A stretch of DNA of 64,000 bases from Tagaea sp. (GTDB lineage: Bacteria; Pseudomonadota; Alphaproteobacteria; CACIAM-22H2), in contig CBDIIB010000005.1 of assembly GCA_965279525.1 (NCBI GenBank), forward strand, positions 416,001 to 480,000, written 5' to 3'. A program made the position numbers and the translations under genes. A model generated the notes under the pieces. That model made no database searches. It saw only the letters and a program-made list of their open reading frames with translations, and was not told the origin of the DNA. Shown in pieces: positions 19,597-31,215 of this stretch; the stretch's first letter is position 1; each line of letters begins with the position of its first letter.

Positions 19597-20361
19597 ATGG
19601 ATATCGTCCAGCAGATCAAGGAAGTCCTGCTCGTCTACGGCCCGCCCTTCGTGGCCGGGATCGCCATCCTCATCGTCGGCTCGTGGGTCGCCGGATTCGT
19701 GCAGCACGGCGTGGCCACGACGCTGGAAAAGGTCGGCCGCGTCGAGCTGACGCTGGCGCGCTTCCTTGCCAGCCTCGCGCGCTACCTCGTTCTCGTCGTC
19801 GTGGTGCTCGCCGCCCTCTCGCAGTTCGGCGTGCAGACCGCGAGCCTGATCGCGGTCTTCGGTGCGGCCGGCCTCGCGGTGGGCCTCGCCCTGCAGGGCA
19901 CGCTCTCGAACGTGGCGGCGGGCGTCATGCTGCTGGCCTTCCGCCCCTACCGCGTGGGCGACCGGATCGACGCGGCCGGCACCGCCGGCAAGGTCGAGGC
20001 GATCGACCTCTTCGTCACCGACATCCGCACCGACGACAACGTCCAGGTGCTCGTCCCCAACGGCAAGATCTGGGGCGACAAGGTGACGAACCACTCGAAA
20101 TACCAGATGAAGCGCCTCGATTTCGAGATCTCGATCCCCGACGGCACCGACGTCGAGGCCGCGTGCGCGCGGATCGTGGCGGTGGCGGCGGGCGATCCGC
20201 GCGCGCTGAAGTCGCCCGGTGCCGAAGCCATCGTCACGAAGTACTCGGCCGACAGCGTCACGGTGGCGCTGCGCGTGTGGTGCGCGCCCGCCGACGAGGG
20301 CGCCATGCGCTCGTCGATGAACCTCGCCTTGCGCAACCTCGCCAAGGCCGGATTCGCCTGA
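19597..20361 (+). CDS. mscS: Small-conductance mechanosensitive channel
   Basis: GAAGLAVGLALQGTLSNVAAG, RPYRVGD, VPNGKIW. Confidence 0.9.
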   Translation: MDIVQQIKEVLLVYGPPFVAGIAILIVGSWVAGFVQHGVATTLEKVGRVELTLARFLASLARYLVLVVVVLAALSQFGVQTASLIAVFGAAGLAVGLALQGTLSNVAAGVMLLAFRPYRVGDRIDAAGTAGKVEAIDLFVTDIRTDDNVQVLVPNGKIWGDKVTNHSKYQMKRLDFEISIPDGTDVEAACARIVAVAAGDPRALKSPGAEAIVTKYSADSVTVALRVWCAPADEGAMRSSMNLALRNLAKAGFA

Positions 20362-20714
20362 TGGGCAGCCAGACGATACGCGAAGCGAAGTTCCGGATCG
20401 GCGAGATCGTCCGCCACCGCATCTTCGAGTTCCGCGGCGTGGTCTACGACGTCGATCCGGTCTTCGCGAATACCGAGGAATGGTACCGCGCGATCCCGCC
20501 ATCGGTGCGCCCGCGCAAGGACCAGCCGTTCTACCATCTCTACGCCATCAACGCCGAGCAGGGCCCCTACCAGGCCTATGTCAGCGAGCAGAACCTGCTT
20601 GCCGACGCGGCCAACGGCCCGGTCGACCATCCGGACGTCAAGCGCGCGTTCGGCGGATTGGTTGATGGTGTTTACGGTTCGAAGGGCGATGCGGGGCGCC
20701 GCGCGCTGAACTGA
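20361..20714 (+). CDS. hspQ: Heat shock protein HspQ
   Basis: AKFRIGEIVRHR, GVVYDVDP, QPFYHL, AYVSEQNL. Confidence 0.92.
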   Translation: MGSQTIREAKFRIGEIVRHRIFEFRGVVYDVDPVFANTEEWYRAIPPSVRPRKDQPFYHLYAINAEQGPYQAYVSEQNLLADAANGPVDHPDVKRAFGGLVDGVYGSKGDAGRRALN

Positions 20715-20773
20715 AACCGCGCAAGCGCGATCAAGGCCGTTTCGGGCAGTTTGAGGGCCACGGAGAAACGACC

Positions 20774-21630
20774 ATGCCCGCGAAGACGAACACCCGCCTC
20801 GACCACGCAAAGCGAATCGACCGCGCGATACGCCATCTGGCCCAACGGCTGGATGCGCCCCTGTCGCTCGACGATCTTGCCGCAGTCGCGTGCTTTTCGC
20901 CCTGCCATTTCCACCGCATCTTCCATGCGGCGACGGGCGAAACGCCGGCCGAAACGCTGCGCCGCCTGCGCCTCGACCGTGCGGCCGCCGAACTCGTGCA
21001 GGGCACCGCACCGGTTCCGGCGATCGCGCGTCGGGCGGGTTACGGGTCGGCGGCGGCGTTCACGCGCGCGTTCTCGGCTTTCTACGGCACGCCGCCGGCG
21101 GCCTATCGCGCCGGCGGCCTGGCCGCTTCTCCGTCCCGCCCTGACCCCAAGATGGAGAACACAATGCACGACGTACGCATCGAAGAACGCCCCGCCTTCC
21201 GCCTCGCCTCGATCCCCCATGCCGGGCGCTACACCGACATCGGCGCCACGTTCGACCGCGTGGGTGCCTGGCTGGGTGCGCGCGGCCTGATCGATGCCGG
21301 CACGCGCTGGATCGGCATCTACCACGACGATCCGGCGCAAGTACCTGTCGACAAGCTGCGCTCGGAAGCCTGCGGCACCGTCGGCCCCGAAACGGGTCCC
21401 GACGAGACGATCCGCATCGTGGGTCTCGCCGGCGGCCGGCACGCGGTGCTGCGCTTCAAGGGGCCCTATTCGGAACTCGAGGGTGCCTATCGCTGGCTGT
21501 TCGGCACATGGCTTGCCGGCAGCGGCGAGGAAGCCGCCGACCGGCCGTGCCACGAGGAATATCTCAACGATCCGAAGACGACGCCGCCGGCCGAGCTGCT
21601 GACCGACATCTGCCTGCCGCTCGTCCCGCG

Positions 21631-21634
<4 letters not shown>
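20774..21634 (+). CDS. AraC family regulator with C-terminal GyrI-like domain
   Basis: FSPCHFHRIF, AFTRAF; GIYHDDP, GPYSEL, EEYLNDP. Confidence 0.9.
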
Positions 21635-23463
<1,829 letters not shown>

Positions 23464-23491
23464 CGCCGGGCGTGCATGCCAAGCTATGGGA

Positions 23492-23989
23492 ATGCTGGTT
23501 TCCGGACTCTTCCACATCGCGATCAAGACCAACGATCTTGCCGCCACCGAGCGCTTCTATACGGCCCTGCTTGGCCTGAAGAAGGTGGCGCGGCCCGATT
23601 TCGGCTATCCGGGCGCCTGGCTCGCCACGACCGGGCCGGCCGGCAGCGCCATCATCCACATCTATGCCGGCGGGCCGGCACTGGGTGCGGACGGCAAGGC
23701 ACCTTCGGGCACGGCCGCGATCGACCATGTCTCGATCGCCGCCCACGGCTTTCACGATTTCCGCGCCGCGTTCGAGCGCCATGGTTTGCCCTGGCGCGAG
23801 TTTCTCGTTCCCGGCACGACGCTCTGGCAGCTCTTCGTCTACGACCCGTCGGGCGTGCAGCTGGAGCTGACCTTCGACGGTGCGACCGAGGCGGGGCCGC
23901 CGCCCGACATGCGCCCGGGCCATGGCTACGTCGCTGGGACGAGCTTCTTCGACCCCGCCCCCTATGCCGCTTTCGGGAGTTCGCGATGA
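23492..23989 (+). CDS. VOC/glyoxalase family protein
   Basis: FHIAIKT.DL...RFY, IDHVSI, QLFVYDPSGVQLEL. Confidence 0.85.
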   Translation: MLVSGLFHIAIKTNDLAATERFYTALLGLKKVARPDFGYPGAWLATTGPAGSAIIHIYAGGPALGADGKAPSGTAAIDHVSIAAHGFHDFRAAFERHGLPWREFLVPGTTLWQLFVYDPSGVQLELTFDGATEAGPPPDMRPGHGYVAGTSFFDPAPYAAFGSSR

Positions 23990-24822
23990 ACGCGTTTGCC
24001 GCCCGCCGTCGCCGATTTGCCGAACTGCACGCGTCGGGCTGCTTCGTCATTCCCAATCCGTGGGATATCGGTTCGGCGATGATGCTGCGCCATCTGGGAT
24101 ACGAAGCGCTCGCCACGACGTCGTCCGGCTTCTCGTTCTCGCAGGGCCTGCCCGACATGGACTGGGCGGTGCCGCTCGAGATGGAGCTTGCCCACATCGC
24201 CGCGATCGTCGGAGCGAGCGATCTGCCGGTGAATGCCGATTTTGAGTCCGGCTATGCACATGACATCGACGGACTGGTTCGCAACGTGAAACGCTGCGCC
24301 GAGACCGGCGTCGCCGGCCTGTCGATCGAGGATGCGACCGGCGACAATGCCGAGCCGCTGTTCGCCTTCGACGTCGCGGTCGAGCGCGTGGCGGCCGCGG
24401 CGGCCGCCCTCAAGGGGACAGGCGTCCTGCTGACGGCGCGCTGCGAAGGGCTGCTGGTCGGCCATCCCGACGCGCGTGCCGAAATCGCGCGCCGCCTGCC
24501 CGCCTTCGCCGCCGCCGGGGCCGACGTGCTCTATGCGCCCGGTTTGAAAACACGCGACGAGATCGCCGGCGTGGTGGCGCTTGCCGGATCGAAGCCGGTC
24601 AACCTGCTGGTTTCCGCGCCCATCGGCCTTACGGTCGCCGACATCGCGGCGCTGGGCGTGCGACGCATCAGCGTGGGCTCCGGCTTCGCACGCGCCGCGT
24701 GGGGCGGGTTCCTGAAAGCGGCACGCACGCTTCGCGAGACCGGCAGCTTCGAGCCGCTGCGCGATGCCGAACCGTTCGGCTTCCTCAACGATTTCTTCCG
24801 CAGCCAGGTTTCCCGCAGATGA
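23986..24822 (+). CDS. Isocitrate lyase/PEP mutase family protein
   Basis: PNPWD, ALATTSSG, NADFESGY, GLSIED, AGADVLYAPG, RRISVG. Confidence 0.9.
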   Translation: MNAFAARRRRFAELHASGCFVIPNPWDIGSAMMLRHLGYEALATTSSGFSFSQGLPDMDWAVPLEMELAHIAAIVGASDLPVNADFESGYAHDIDGLVRNVKRCAETGVAGLSIEDATGDNAEPLFAFDVAVERVAAAAAALKGTGVLLTARCEGLLVGHPDARAEIARRLPAFAAAGADVLYAPGLKTRDEIAGVVALAGSKPVNLLVSAPIGLTVADIAALGVRRISVGSGFARAAWGGFLKAARTLRETGSFEPLRDAEPFGFLNDFFRSQVSRR

Positions 24823-25517
24823 CGCCCCAGTTCGGCCCGCCCGTCGACACGCACCATGCCCCGCAACCCGTCCATTGCGTCATCGAAGGCCGTCATTGCA
24901 GGCTGCGCCCGCTTGAACCGTTGCGCGACGGCGACGGGCTCTACAAGTTGAGCCACGGGCCCGAGGCGGAATCGCAGTGGGCCTATCTTTTCACCGGTCC
25001 CTATCCGGTGCGCGCCGACTTCGACGCGCACGTGGCGAAGATCGCGGCCGGGACGACGGACCCCGTCTACTGGGCGATCGCCGATCGGAACGACCGGGCA
25101 GTGGGCTGGCTCTCGCTGATGCGCATCGACCGCGCGCACCGCGTGATCGAGGTCGGCTCGATCCTGCACACGCCGGCGCTGCAGCGCACGCCGGCCTCGA
25201 CCGAAGCGCAGTTCCTGATGATGCGCCACGTGTTCGAGACGCTCGGGTACCGGCGCTACGAATGGAAGTGCAACGACCTCAACGAGCCTTCCAAGCGCAC
25301 GGCCCAGCGCCTCGGCTTCTCGTTCGAAGGACTGTTCCGCCAGCATATGATCGCCAAGGGCCGCAACCGCGACACGGCATGGTACTCGATGCTCGATCGC
25401 GAATGGCCGGCGCGCAAGGCGGCGTTCGAGACATGGCTGTCGCCGGACAATTTCGATGCCGCCGGCAAGCAGAAGCAGGCTCTGGGCGAACTGATCGCGC
25501 GCTCGGCCGGCCGCTAG
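24819..25517 (+). CDS. GNAT family N-acetyltransferase (RimJ/RimL-like)
   Basis: IEVG, LGYRRYEWKC, RLGFSFEGLFRQH, GRNRDTAWYS. Confidence 0.9.
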   Translation: MTPQFGPPVDTHHAPQPVHCVIEGRHCRLRPLEPLRDGDGLYKLSHGPEAESQWAYLFTGPYPVRADFDAHVAKIAAGTTDPVYWAIADRNDRAVGWLSLMRIDRAHRVIEVGSILHTPALQRTPASTEAQFLMMRHVFETLGYRRYEWKCNDLNEPSKRTAQRLGFSFEGLFRQHMIAKGRNRDTAWYSMLDREWPARKAAFETWLSPDNFDAAGKQKQALGELIARSAGR

Positions 25518-26219
25518 CTAGCCGACGACGTGGATCGCCAGGGCCGGCGCCTTGCCCGCGGCGAGATCGACGATCGCATAGGTGGCCCCGCGTCCGACAT
25601 CGTCGGTCGGCGAACCTGAATAGGCGGCCGTCGCCGCCGGCGTCACCAGTTCCATCGCCGCGTGGTGGTGGCCGAGAGCGAGATAGTCGAACCCCGCTGC
25701 CTCGATCTCTTCCATACGAATCGGCGAAGAACGCTCGCTTGCTTCGCCACGCGGCACGAACAGCCCGTGCCCGAGGCCCAGATGCCAGCGCGCACCATCG
25801 GGCCGCGGCGGGCTGCCGGCGAGCGGGCGGAAATCGTTCGAATGCTCGACCATGCCCTTGCCCCAGACGCTGACGCCCAGTTCCGGCAGCGCGGCACTGC
25901 CACCATCCTGTTCGGCAAGCAGGCGAATGTTCGCGATGCGGCCGAAATCATGGCGCCGGAAGACGGCGTCGTCGGCAAGGCAGTCATGGTTGCCCGGGAT
26001 CATCGCGACCGGGAATGGCAGGCGACCCAGCGCTTCCATCGCCCACAAGACCGTGGGGTCGGCCACGTTGTTCGCGTCGAACAGGTCGCCGGCGAGCAGC
26101 ATCAAGTCGGGCCGGTGGCCGACCATCGCGTCGAGCGCACGCGCGAATCGCGCCGGGACGGCCTCGTTGGCGCCGAGATGGATGTCCGAGCAGTGGGCGA
26201 TGCGCAGGCGATCAGTCAT
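25518..26219 (-). CDS. Calcineurin-like metallophosphoesterase (SbcD/Mre11 nuclease-domain-like)
   Basis: SDIHLG, AGDLFD, PGNHD, GHG, ALGHHH, YSGSP. Confidence 0.85.
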   Translation of the reverse strand: MTDRLRIAHCSDIHLGANEAVPARFARALDAMVGHRPDLMLLAGDLFDANNVADPTVLWAMEALGRLPFPVAMIPGNHDCLADDAVFRRHDFGRIANIRLLAEQDGGSAALPELGVSVWGKGMVEHSNDFRPLAGSPPRPDGARWHLGLGHGLFVPRGEASERSSPIRMEEIEAAGFDYLALGHHHAAMELVTPAATAAYSGSPTDDVGRGATYAIVDLAAGKAPALAIHVVG

Positions 26220-26251
26220 CGCGTTCAGATACCGCCGATCGGACGTTTCGT

Positions 26252-26998
26252 CTAGCCGCCCAGATATGTTCCGCCGTTGAGATGGATGACCTGTCCGGTG
26301 ACAAAACGCCCGCCGGGCCCGGCGAGCCAGCGCACGGCGCTGCCGATCTCGTCGGGATGCCCGCGCCGTCCCAGCAGCGTCTGGTGCGTGGCGTGGTGCT
26401 TGGGCTGCTGGTGGCCGGCCGAAGCGCCGCGCACCGTATCCATCATGCCCGGTGCGACGTTGTTGACCGTGATGCCGTGCGGTGCCAGATCGTGCGCAAG
26501 GGCACGCGTGAGGCCGACAAGCCCCGCCTTCGCGGTGACGACATGCACGCGGTCGACCGCCCCGGTATGCGCGGTCAGGCCGCCGATATTGACGATGGCG
26601 CCCGCCCCGCTCGCCTTGAGGGCCGCAAGCGACGCCTGCGCGCAGTTGAAGGCACCATCGAGGCAGATCGCCAGCACGTTGCGCCAAGTCGCGTAATCCA
26701 GCATCTCGAACGGCTTCTCGCCGCGCACGGCGGCGTTGTTGACGAGGATGTCGAGCCGGCCGAACCGGGCGAGCGTGGCGGCTACCATCGCGTCGACGGC
26801 CGCACGGTCGGTCACGTCGGCCATCGCGACCATCGCGGCAGGGCCGATCTCGGCGGCGACCGCCTCGGCCTCATCCCGGTTGGTCCGCGCATTGACGACG
26901 ACGCTGGCACCGGCGGCGGCAAGTTCGAGCGCGATCGACCGGCCGATATTGCGCCCGGCGCCGGTGACGAGCGCCACGCGCCCCTTGAGTTCAGCCAT
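26252..26998 (-). CDS. SDR family oxidoreductase
   Basis: TGAGRNIG, NNAA, VNNVAPG; catalytic Tyr position reads HVVTAK. Confidence 0.88.
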   Translation of the reverse strand: MAELKGRVALVTGAGRNIGRSIALELAAAGASVVVNARTNRDEAEAVAAEIGPAAMVAMADVTDRAAVDAMVAATLARFGRLDILVNNAAVRGEKPFEMLDYATWRNVLAICLDGAFNCAQASLAALKASGAGAIVNIGGLTAHTGAVDRVHVVTAKAGLVGLTRALAHDLAPHGITVNNVAPGMMDTVRGASAGHQQPKHHATHQTLLGRRGHPDEIGSAVRWLAGPGGRFVTGQVIHLNGGTYLGG

Positions 26999-27001
26999 TC
27001 T

Positions 27002-28351
27002 TCAACCTCCGAAATCGGAAAGGGAAACGGGTGCACCTGAGTCCAGCACGGACTCGGCAAAGGCCAGCAGGCGGTCGGAACGTGCGTCCGGCCAGCCGCC
27101 ATGGCGACAGTTGAGGCGGAACTTCTCGACGATCTCGGCGCGGGTCAGCGGCTCGTTCGATCCGCCGCGGAAATGCGGCTGGCGTTCCTCGATGACGTTG
27201 CCGTCCGCCATCGAAATGCGCACGTGCCCTGTGAACTGGTTGGGATAGGGATTGTTCGGATCGACGACATAGCGCACCTTGCGCGCGATCGCGCGCAGGC
27301 GCTCGTCGGCGACCTGCGCGTCGGTGAATGCCGCAAGCCCGCCTTGGCCGAGCACGAGGCCCGCTGCGATGCCATAGGGGATGCTGAACTTGGCGGCATA
27401 ACCGTTGGGCGGGTTCTGCTTGGCCTCGAGCGGTTCCCACAGGCGATGCAGGATGCCTTCCGCCGTCTCGCATTCGATCGAGATGATCCTGGAAAGATCG
27501 AGCCCGCGCGCCGCGATGCGTTTGGCGCAGTCGATATAGGGGTGGATCATCGTGCCGCAGGCATAGGGCTTGAACGCGATCGTCTCGCTGACCCACTGCT
27601 TGCCAAAGCCGTCGAGCAGCCCCGACCAGTCGGTCGGCACCTTGCGTGCAAACCCGTGGAACAGGCCGTGCGTGCCTTCGAACAGCGTGCGCGGGCCGGT
27701 GAAGCCGCCTGCGGCAAGTCGTGCCGCACGGTAGCCGCTCTGTGCGGCCCAGCCCGGATGCAGCCGCTTGGTCCATGTCCCTTCGGCAAGATACTCGATG
27801 ATGCCCGAGGCCATGCTGCCGGCGATGCCCATCGCGTTGACGAGCTGCGCTTTCGAAAGACCCAGCGCGGTTCCTGCCGCCGCCGCCGCCCCGATGGCAC
27901 CGAACACGGCCGTGGGGTGGAAACCGGCCTTGTGCGTGGCCTTGGGCACCACGACGGAAAGCCGGCACGTGATCTCGGTCCCGATCGCGATCGCGCGCAT
28001 CGCGAGGCGCCCCGGCACCTTGTGGCGCTCGGCCGTGGCGAGCACGGCGGGCAGGATGACCACGCCGGCATGCACCGGCCCGCCCTCGAACGTGTCGTCG
28101 AAATCCTCGCCGTGTGCGGCAACGCCGTTGAGCATCGCGGCATCGGCCGGCGAGAAGCCGCCGGCAAGGCCGATCGCCGTGCAGGGCCCGCCCTCGTCGA
28201 CGCCCTTGCGCGCGGCGACGAGGAAATCGGTCTCGCGCGCGGCAACGCAGATCCCCGCGATGTCGATCAGCTGGGTCTGCGCCATCGCGGCGGCCGCCGG
28301 CGTGGGCTTTGCGGCAAGGCAGGCATCGGCGAGCGTTTCGGCGACGGTCAT
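27002..28351 (-). CDS. MmgE/PrpD family protein
   Basis: AHGEDFDDT, GFHPT, KRLHPG, KPYACG..IH, KFSIPY. Confidence 0.9.
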   Translation of the reverse strand: MTVAETLADACLAAKPTPAAAAMAQTQLIDIAGICVAARETDFLVAARKGVDEGGPCTAIGLAGGFSPADAAMLNGVAAHGEDFDDTFEGGPVHAGVVILPAVLATAERHKVPGRLAMRAIAIGTEITCRLSVVVPKATHKAGFHPTAVFGAIGAAAAAGTALGLSKAQLVNAMGIAGSMASGIIEYLAEGTWTKRLHPGWAAQSGYRAARLAAGGFTGPRTLFEGTHGLFHGFARKVPTDWSGLLDGFGKQWVSETIAFKPYACGTMIHPYIDCAKRIAARGLDLSRIISIECETAEGILHRLWEPLEAKQNPPNGYAAKFSIPYGIAAGLVLGQGGLAAFTDAQVADERLRAIARKVRYVVDPNNPYPNQFTGHVRISMADGNVIEERQPHFRGGSNEPLTRAEIVEKFRLNCRHGGWPDARSDRLLAFAESVLDSGAPVSLSDFGG

Positions 28352-29784
28352 TTCGGCTTGAACTCCCGGATCAGCGAATAGCCGGTCAGCAGCACGGCGG
28401 CGGCCAGCAGCCCGAGCGAGACCGGATCCTCCACGAACACGCCATGGTCGCCGTTCGACAGCACGAGGCTGCGGCGATAGTTGGATTCGACGAGGAACCC
28501 GAGCACGACACCCAGCACCACCGGCAGGACCGGTACGCCGAACCGGCGCATCGCATAGCCGACCACGCCCGCCCCCAGCACGAGGCCGAGATCGAACAGG
28601 CTCTGCTCGATCGCGAACACGCCCGTACACACCAGCGCCAGGATGAACGCGATCAGATAGGGCTTGGGCCGGTTCACGAGCCAGATGCAGGGCGAAAGGA
28701 TGACGAGCCCGACCAGCACCATGAAGATGTTGGCAGCGAGCAGGCCGCCATAGAGACCGTAGACGACGTCGGGCGCCTTCTGGAACAGCAAGGGTCCCGG
28801 CATCAGGCCATGGATCATGAACCCGCCAAGAAGGACCGCAGCCGAGTTCGATCCGGGGATGCCGAGGCTGAGCAGCGGCACGAGGGCGGTTGCCGTCACG
28901 ACGTTGTTGGCGCTTTCCGGTGCCGCCACGCCTTCGACCGATCCCTTGCCGAACTCCTCCGGGTGTTTCGACCAGCGCTTCGCCTCGTTGTAGGCCATGA
29001 AGGCCGCGATCGTGCCGCCGGCACCGGGTGTCACGCCCTCGAACGTGCCGATGCCGCAGCCGATCGCGTTTGCCTTCCAGATTCGCTTCCATGTCGCGAG
29101 ACCGGGCAGCTTCAGGCGCGTGTCGCGCGCATCGGCCTTGCTCCAGCCGGGTGACGAGATCTGCTCGAGCATCTCGGCCACCGCGAACAGGCCGACCATG
29201 ATGAGGATCGGCCGGATGCCGCCGAGCAGATCGGCGCTGCCGAAGGTGAAGCGCGGCACGCCGGAGACCGGGTCGGTCCCGACCGTCGCGACCATCAGGC
29301 CGGCGAACGCGCCGATCAGCCCTTTGAGCAGCGAGCCGCCCGCAAGGCTGGCGATGACGGACAGGCCGAGAATGCCGAGCGCGAAATAGGCGGGCGGGGT
29401 GAAGGCGAGTGCCACCTTGGCCAGCGGCTCGGTCGCGAGCACGAGCACGGCAAGCCCGAACAGCCCGCCGACCAGCCCCGACATCAGCGAGATGCCGAGC
29501 GCTTCGCCGGCCCGGCCCTGCTTGGCAAGCTCGTAGCCGTCGAGCGTCGTGGCGGCAGCCGAATTCGTGCCGGGGGTGCGGATCAGGATTGCCGGGATCG
29601 ATCCGCCGTATTCGGCGCCGACATAGACCGACGCGAGCAGCACGATCGCGACGACCGGTTCCATCCCGTAGGTGAAGGGCAGAAGAAGCGCCATCGCGAT
29701 GGAGGGCGAAATGCCCGGCAGGGCACCGCCGAAAATCCCCCAGATGACGCCGGCCAACGAGGCCAGCAGCGTGCTCAACCCCAT
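28348..29784 (-). CDS. tctA: Tripartite tricarboxylate transporter permease TctA
   Basis: YGGSIPAIL..TPG, DGY, PGAGGTIA, APESANN, LGIPG. Confidence 0.9.
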   Translation of the reverse strand: MGLSTLLASLAGVIWGIFGGALPGISPSIAMALLLPFTYGMEPVVAIVLLASVYVGAEYGGSIPAILIRTPGTNSAAATTLDGYELAKQGRAGEALGISLMSGLVGGLFGLAVLVLATEPLAKVALAFTPPAYFALGILGLSVIASLAGGSLLKGLIGAFAGLMVATVGTDPVSGVPRFTFGSADLLGGIRPILIMVGLFAVAEMLEQISSPGWSKADARDTRLKLPGLATWKRIWKANAIGCGIGTFEGVTPGAGGTIAAFMAYNEAKRWSKHPEEFGKGSVEGVAAPESANNVVTATALVPLLSLGIPGSNSAAVLLGGFMIHGLMPGPLLFQKAPDVVYGLYGGLLAANIFMVLVGLVILSPCIWLVNRPKPYLIAFILALVCTGVFAIEQSLFDLGLVLGAGVVGYAMRRFGVPVLPVVLGVVLGFLVESNYRRSLVLSNGDHGVFVEDPVSLGLLAAAVLLTGYSLIREFKPK

Positions 29785-30236
29785 GACAGCATCCCGACCG
29801 GAAGCTGAATGCCCAGGAGCCACTTGAACATGAACCAGAAGGCGGCGGCACCGGCCACCGCCGTGACGGCCAGCGTGGCGTTGACGCGCGCACCGGCATA
29901 GACCGCGACGGCCGCGATCAGTGCGGCGACAGACAGCGGATAACCGGCGACCGGAACCGCCAGCAAGTAGACGACGAGGATCGCAAGCAGCCCCGCCGCA
30001 CGCAGATGCGCCGACACCGGAAGGTCGTCGTCCGGGGCCTTCGCCGGCCGCAGCACGCTGCGGCCGGCGAGCACGAACCCCGTCAGTCCCATGCCGACAG
30101 CCAGCATGCGCGGTACGCCATCGGCACCTACCGCGTCGGCAAGCAGGCTCTGCTGGATCGTCGTGGCCTGGGCGTAGTAGGCCCCGGCCACGATGACGGC
30201 AAGAATGCCAAGGCCGGTATCGCGCGAAAACGTCAC
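29775..30236 (-). CDS. tctB: Tripartite tricarboxylate transporter TctB
   Basis: Four TM helices, VGADGVP, F..LLGIQLP; between tctC and tctA. Confidence 0.85.
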   Translation of the reverse strand: MTFSRDTGLGILAVIVAGAYYAQATTIQQSLLADAVGADGVPRMLAVGMGLTGFVLAGRSVLRPAKAPDDDLPVSAHLRAAGLLAILVVYLLAVPVAGYPLSVAALIAAVAVYAGARVNATLAVTAVAGAAAFWFMFKWLLGIQLPVGMLSWG

Positions 30237-31192
30237 TTGATGACGCCCAGCTCGCGCAGCGTCGCGGTGATTTCTTCCGCGAATTTCTGGGTGAAGACGC
30301 GCGCTTCCGCACGCCCGAGTACGGTCGGCACGAGGCTTTCCTTGGCGTACTCGGCCTTGTAGGCATCGCTCGCCACGACCTGGCGGATCGCACGTTCCCA
30401 CTGGGCCGCGATGTCGTCGGGGATGCCCTTGGGGCCCGCAAGTCCACGGAACTTCGTCACGACCACGTCGAAGCCCTGCTCCTTGACCGTCGCGAGATTC
30501 GCGAAATCGGGCAGGCGCTTCTCGGTCAGCACCCCGAGCAGGCGCACCTTGCCGGCATCGAGCTGGGCGCGGATCTCCTGGATCTCGCCGATGCCGAAAT
30601 CGAGCGTGCCGTTGAGCACGTTGATCATCAGGTCGCCGCCGCCCTCGTGGCTGACGACCGCCGCCTGCACGCCGGCGACCTTCTTCAGCCGCTCCAGTGC
30701 GATGCGTTCGAGCGACGCGGGGTTCGCGGCCCCCCACTTGGCGCGGCCGACATTCGCCTTGGCGTAGGCAAGCGCATCCGCCACGTTGCGGAACGGGCTT
30801 TCGGCGCGCGTGTAGATCACTTCGGGATCGAGAAACACGATCGCGATCGGATCGAGACCGTCGTAGCCGATCTCGGGCTTGGACAGCAGCGAGGTCTGGA
30901 TATATGTGGGCGTCGTCGCATAGAACATGCCGCCGTTTGGCGGCGACTTGGCGACCTTCGCGATCGCGGCAGCGCCGCTGCCGCCGCGCACGTTGTCGAT
31001 GCCGAAGCTTGTTCCCATGACCGGCGTCAGATGCTTGACGAGTTCGCGCAGGAACACGTCGCTTCCGCCGCCGGGACTGGAATGCGTGACGAGACTGACC
31101 GGCGAGACGGGATACTTCGCCTGCGCCGCGACGTCGGCCGACGCGACGGCAAGGATGGCCGAAAGCCCGGCGATCCAGTTCTTCATCTGCAT
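30233..31192 (-). CDS. tctC: TTT substrate-binding protein (TctC/Bug)
   Basis: Signal peptide, SPGGGSD..R, NVRGGSG, GGGD, TVKEQG, RGLAGPKG. Confidence 0.9.
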   Translation of the reverse strand: MQMKNWIAGLSAILAVASADVAAQAKYPVSPVSLVTHSSPGGGSDVFLRELVKHLTPVMGTSFGIDNVRGGSGAAAIAKVAKSPPNGGMFYATTPTYIQTSLLSKPEIGYDGLDPIAIVFLDPEVIYTRAESPFRNVADALAYAKANVGRAKWGAANPASLERIALERLKKVAGVQAAVVSHEGGGDLMINVLNGTLDFGIGEIQEIRAQLDAGKVRLLGVLTEKRLPDFANLATVKEQGFDVVVTKFRGLAGPKGIPDDIAAQWERAIRQVVASDAYKAEYAKESLVPTVLGRAEARVFTQKFAEEITATLRELGVIK

Positions 31193-31215
31193 GGACCTTC
31201 TCCCTATTTTGTCCC

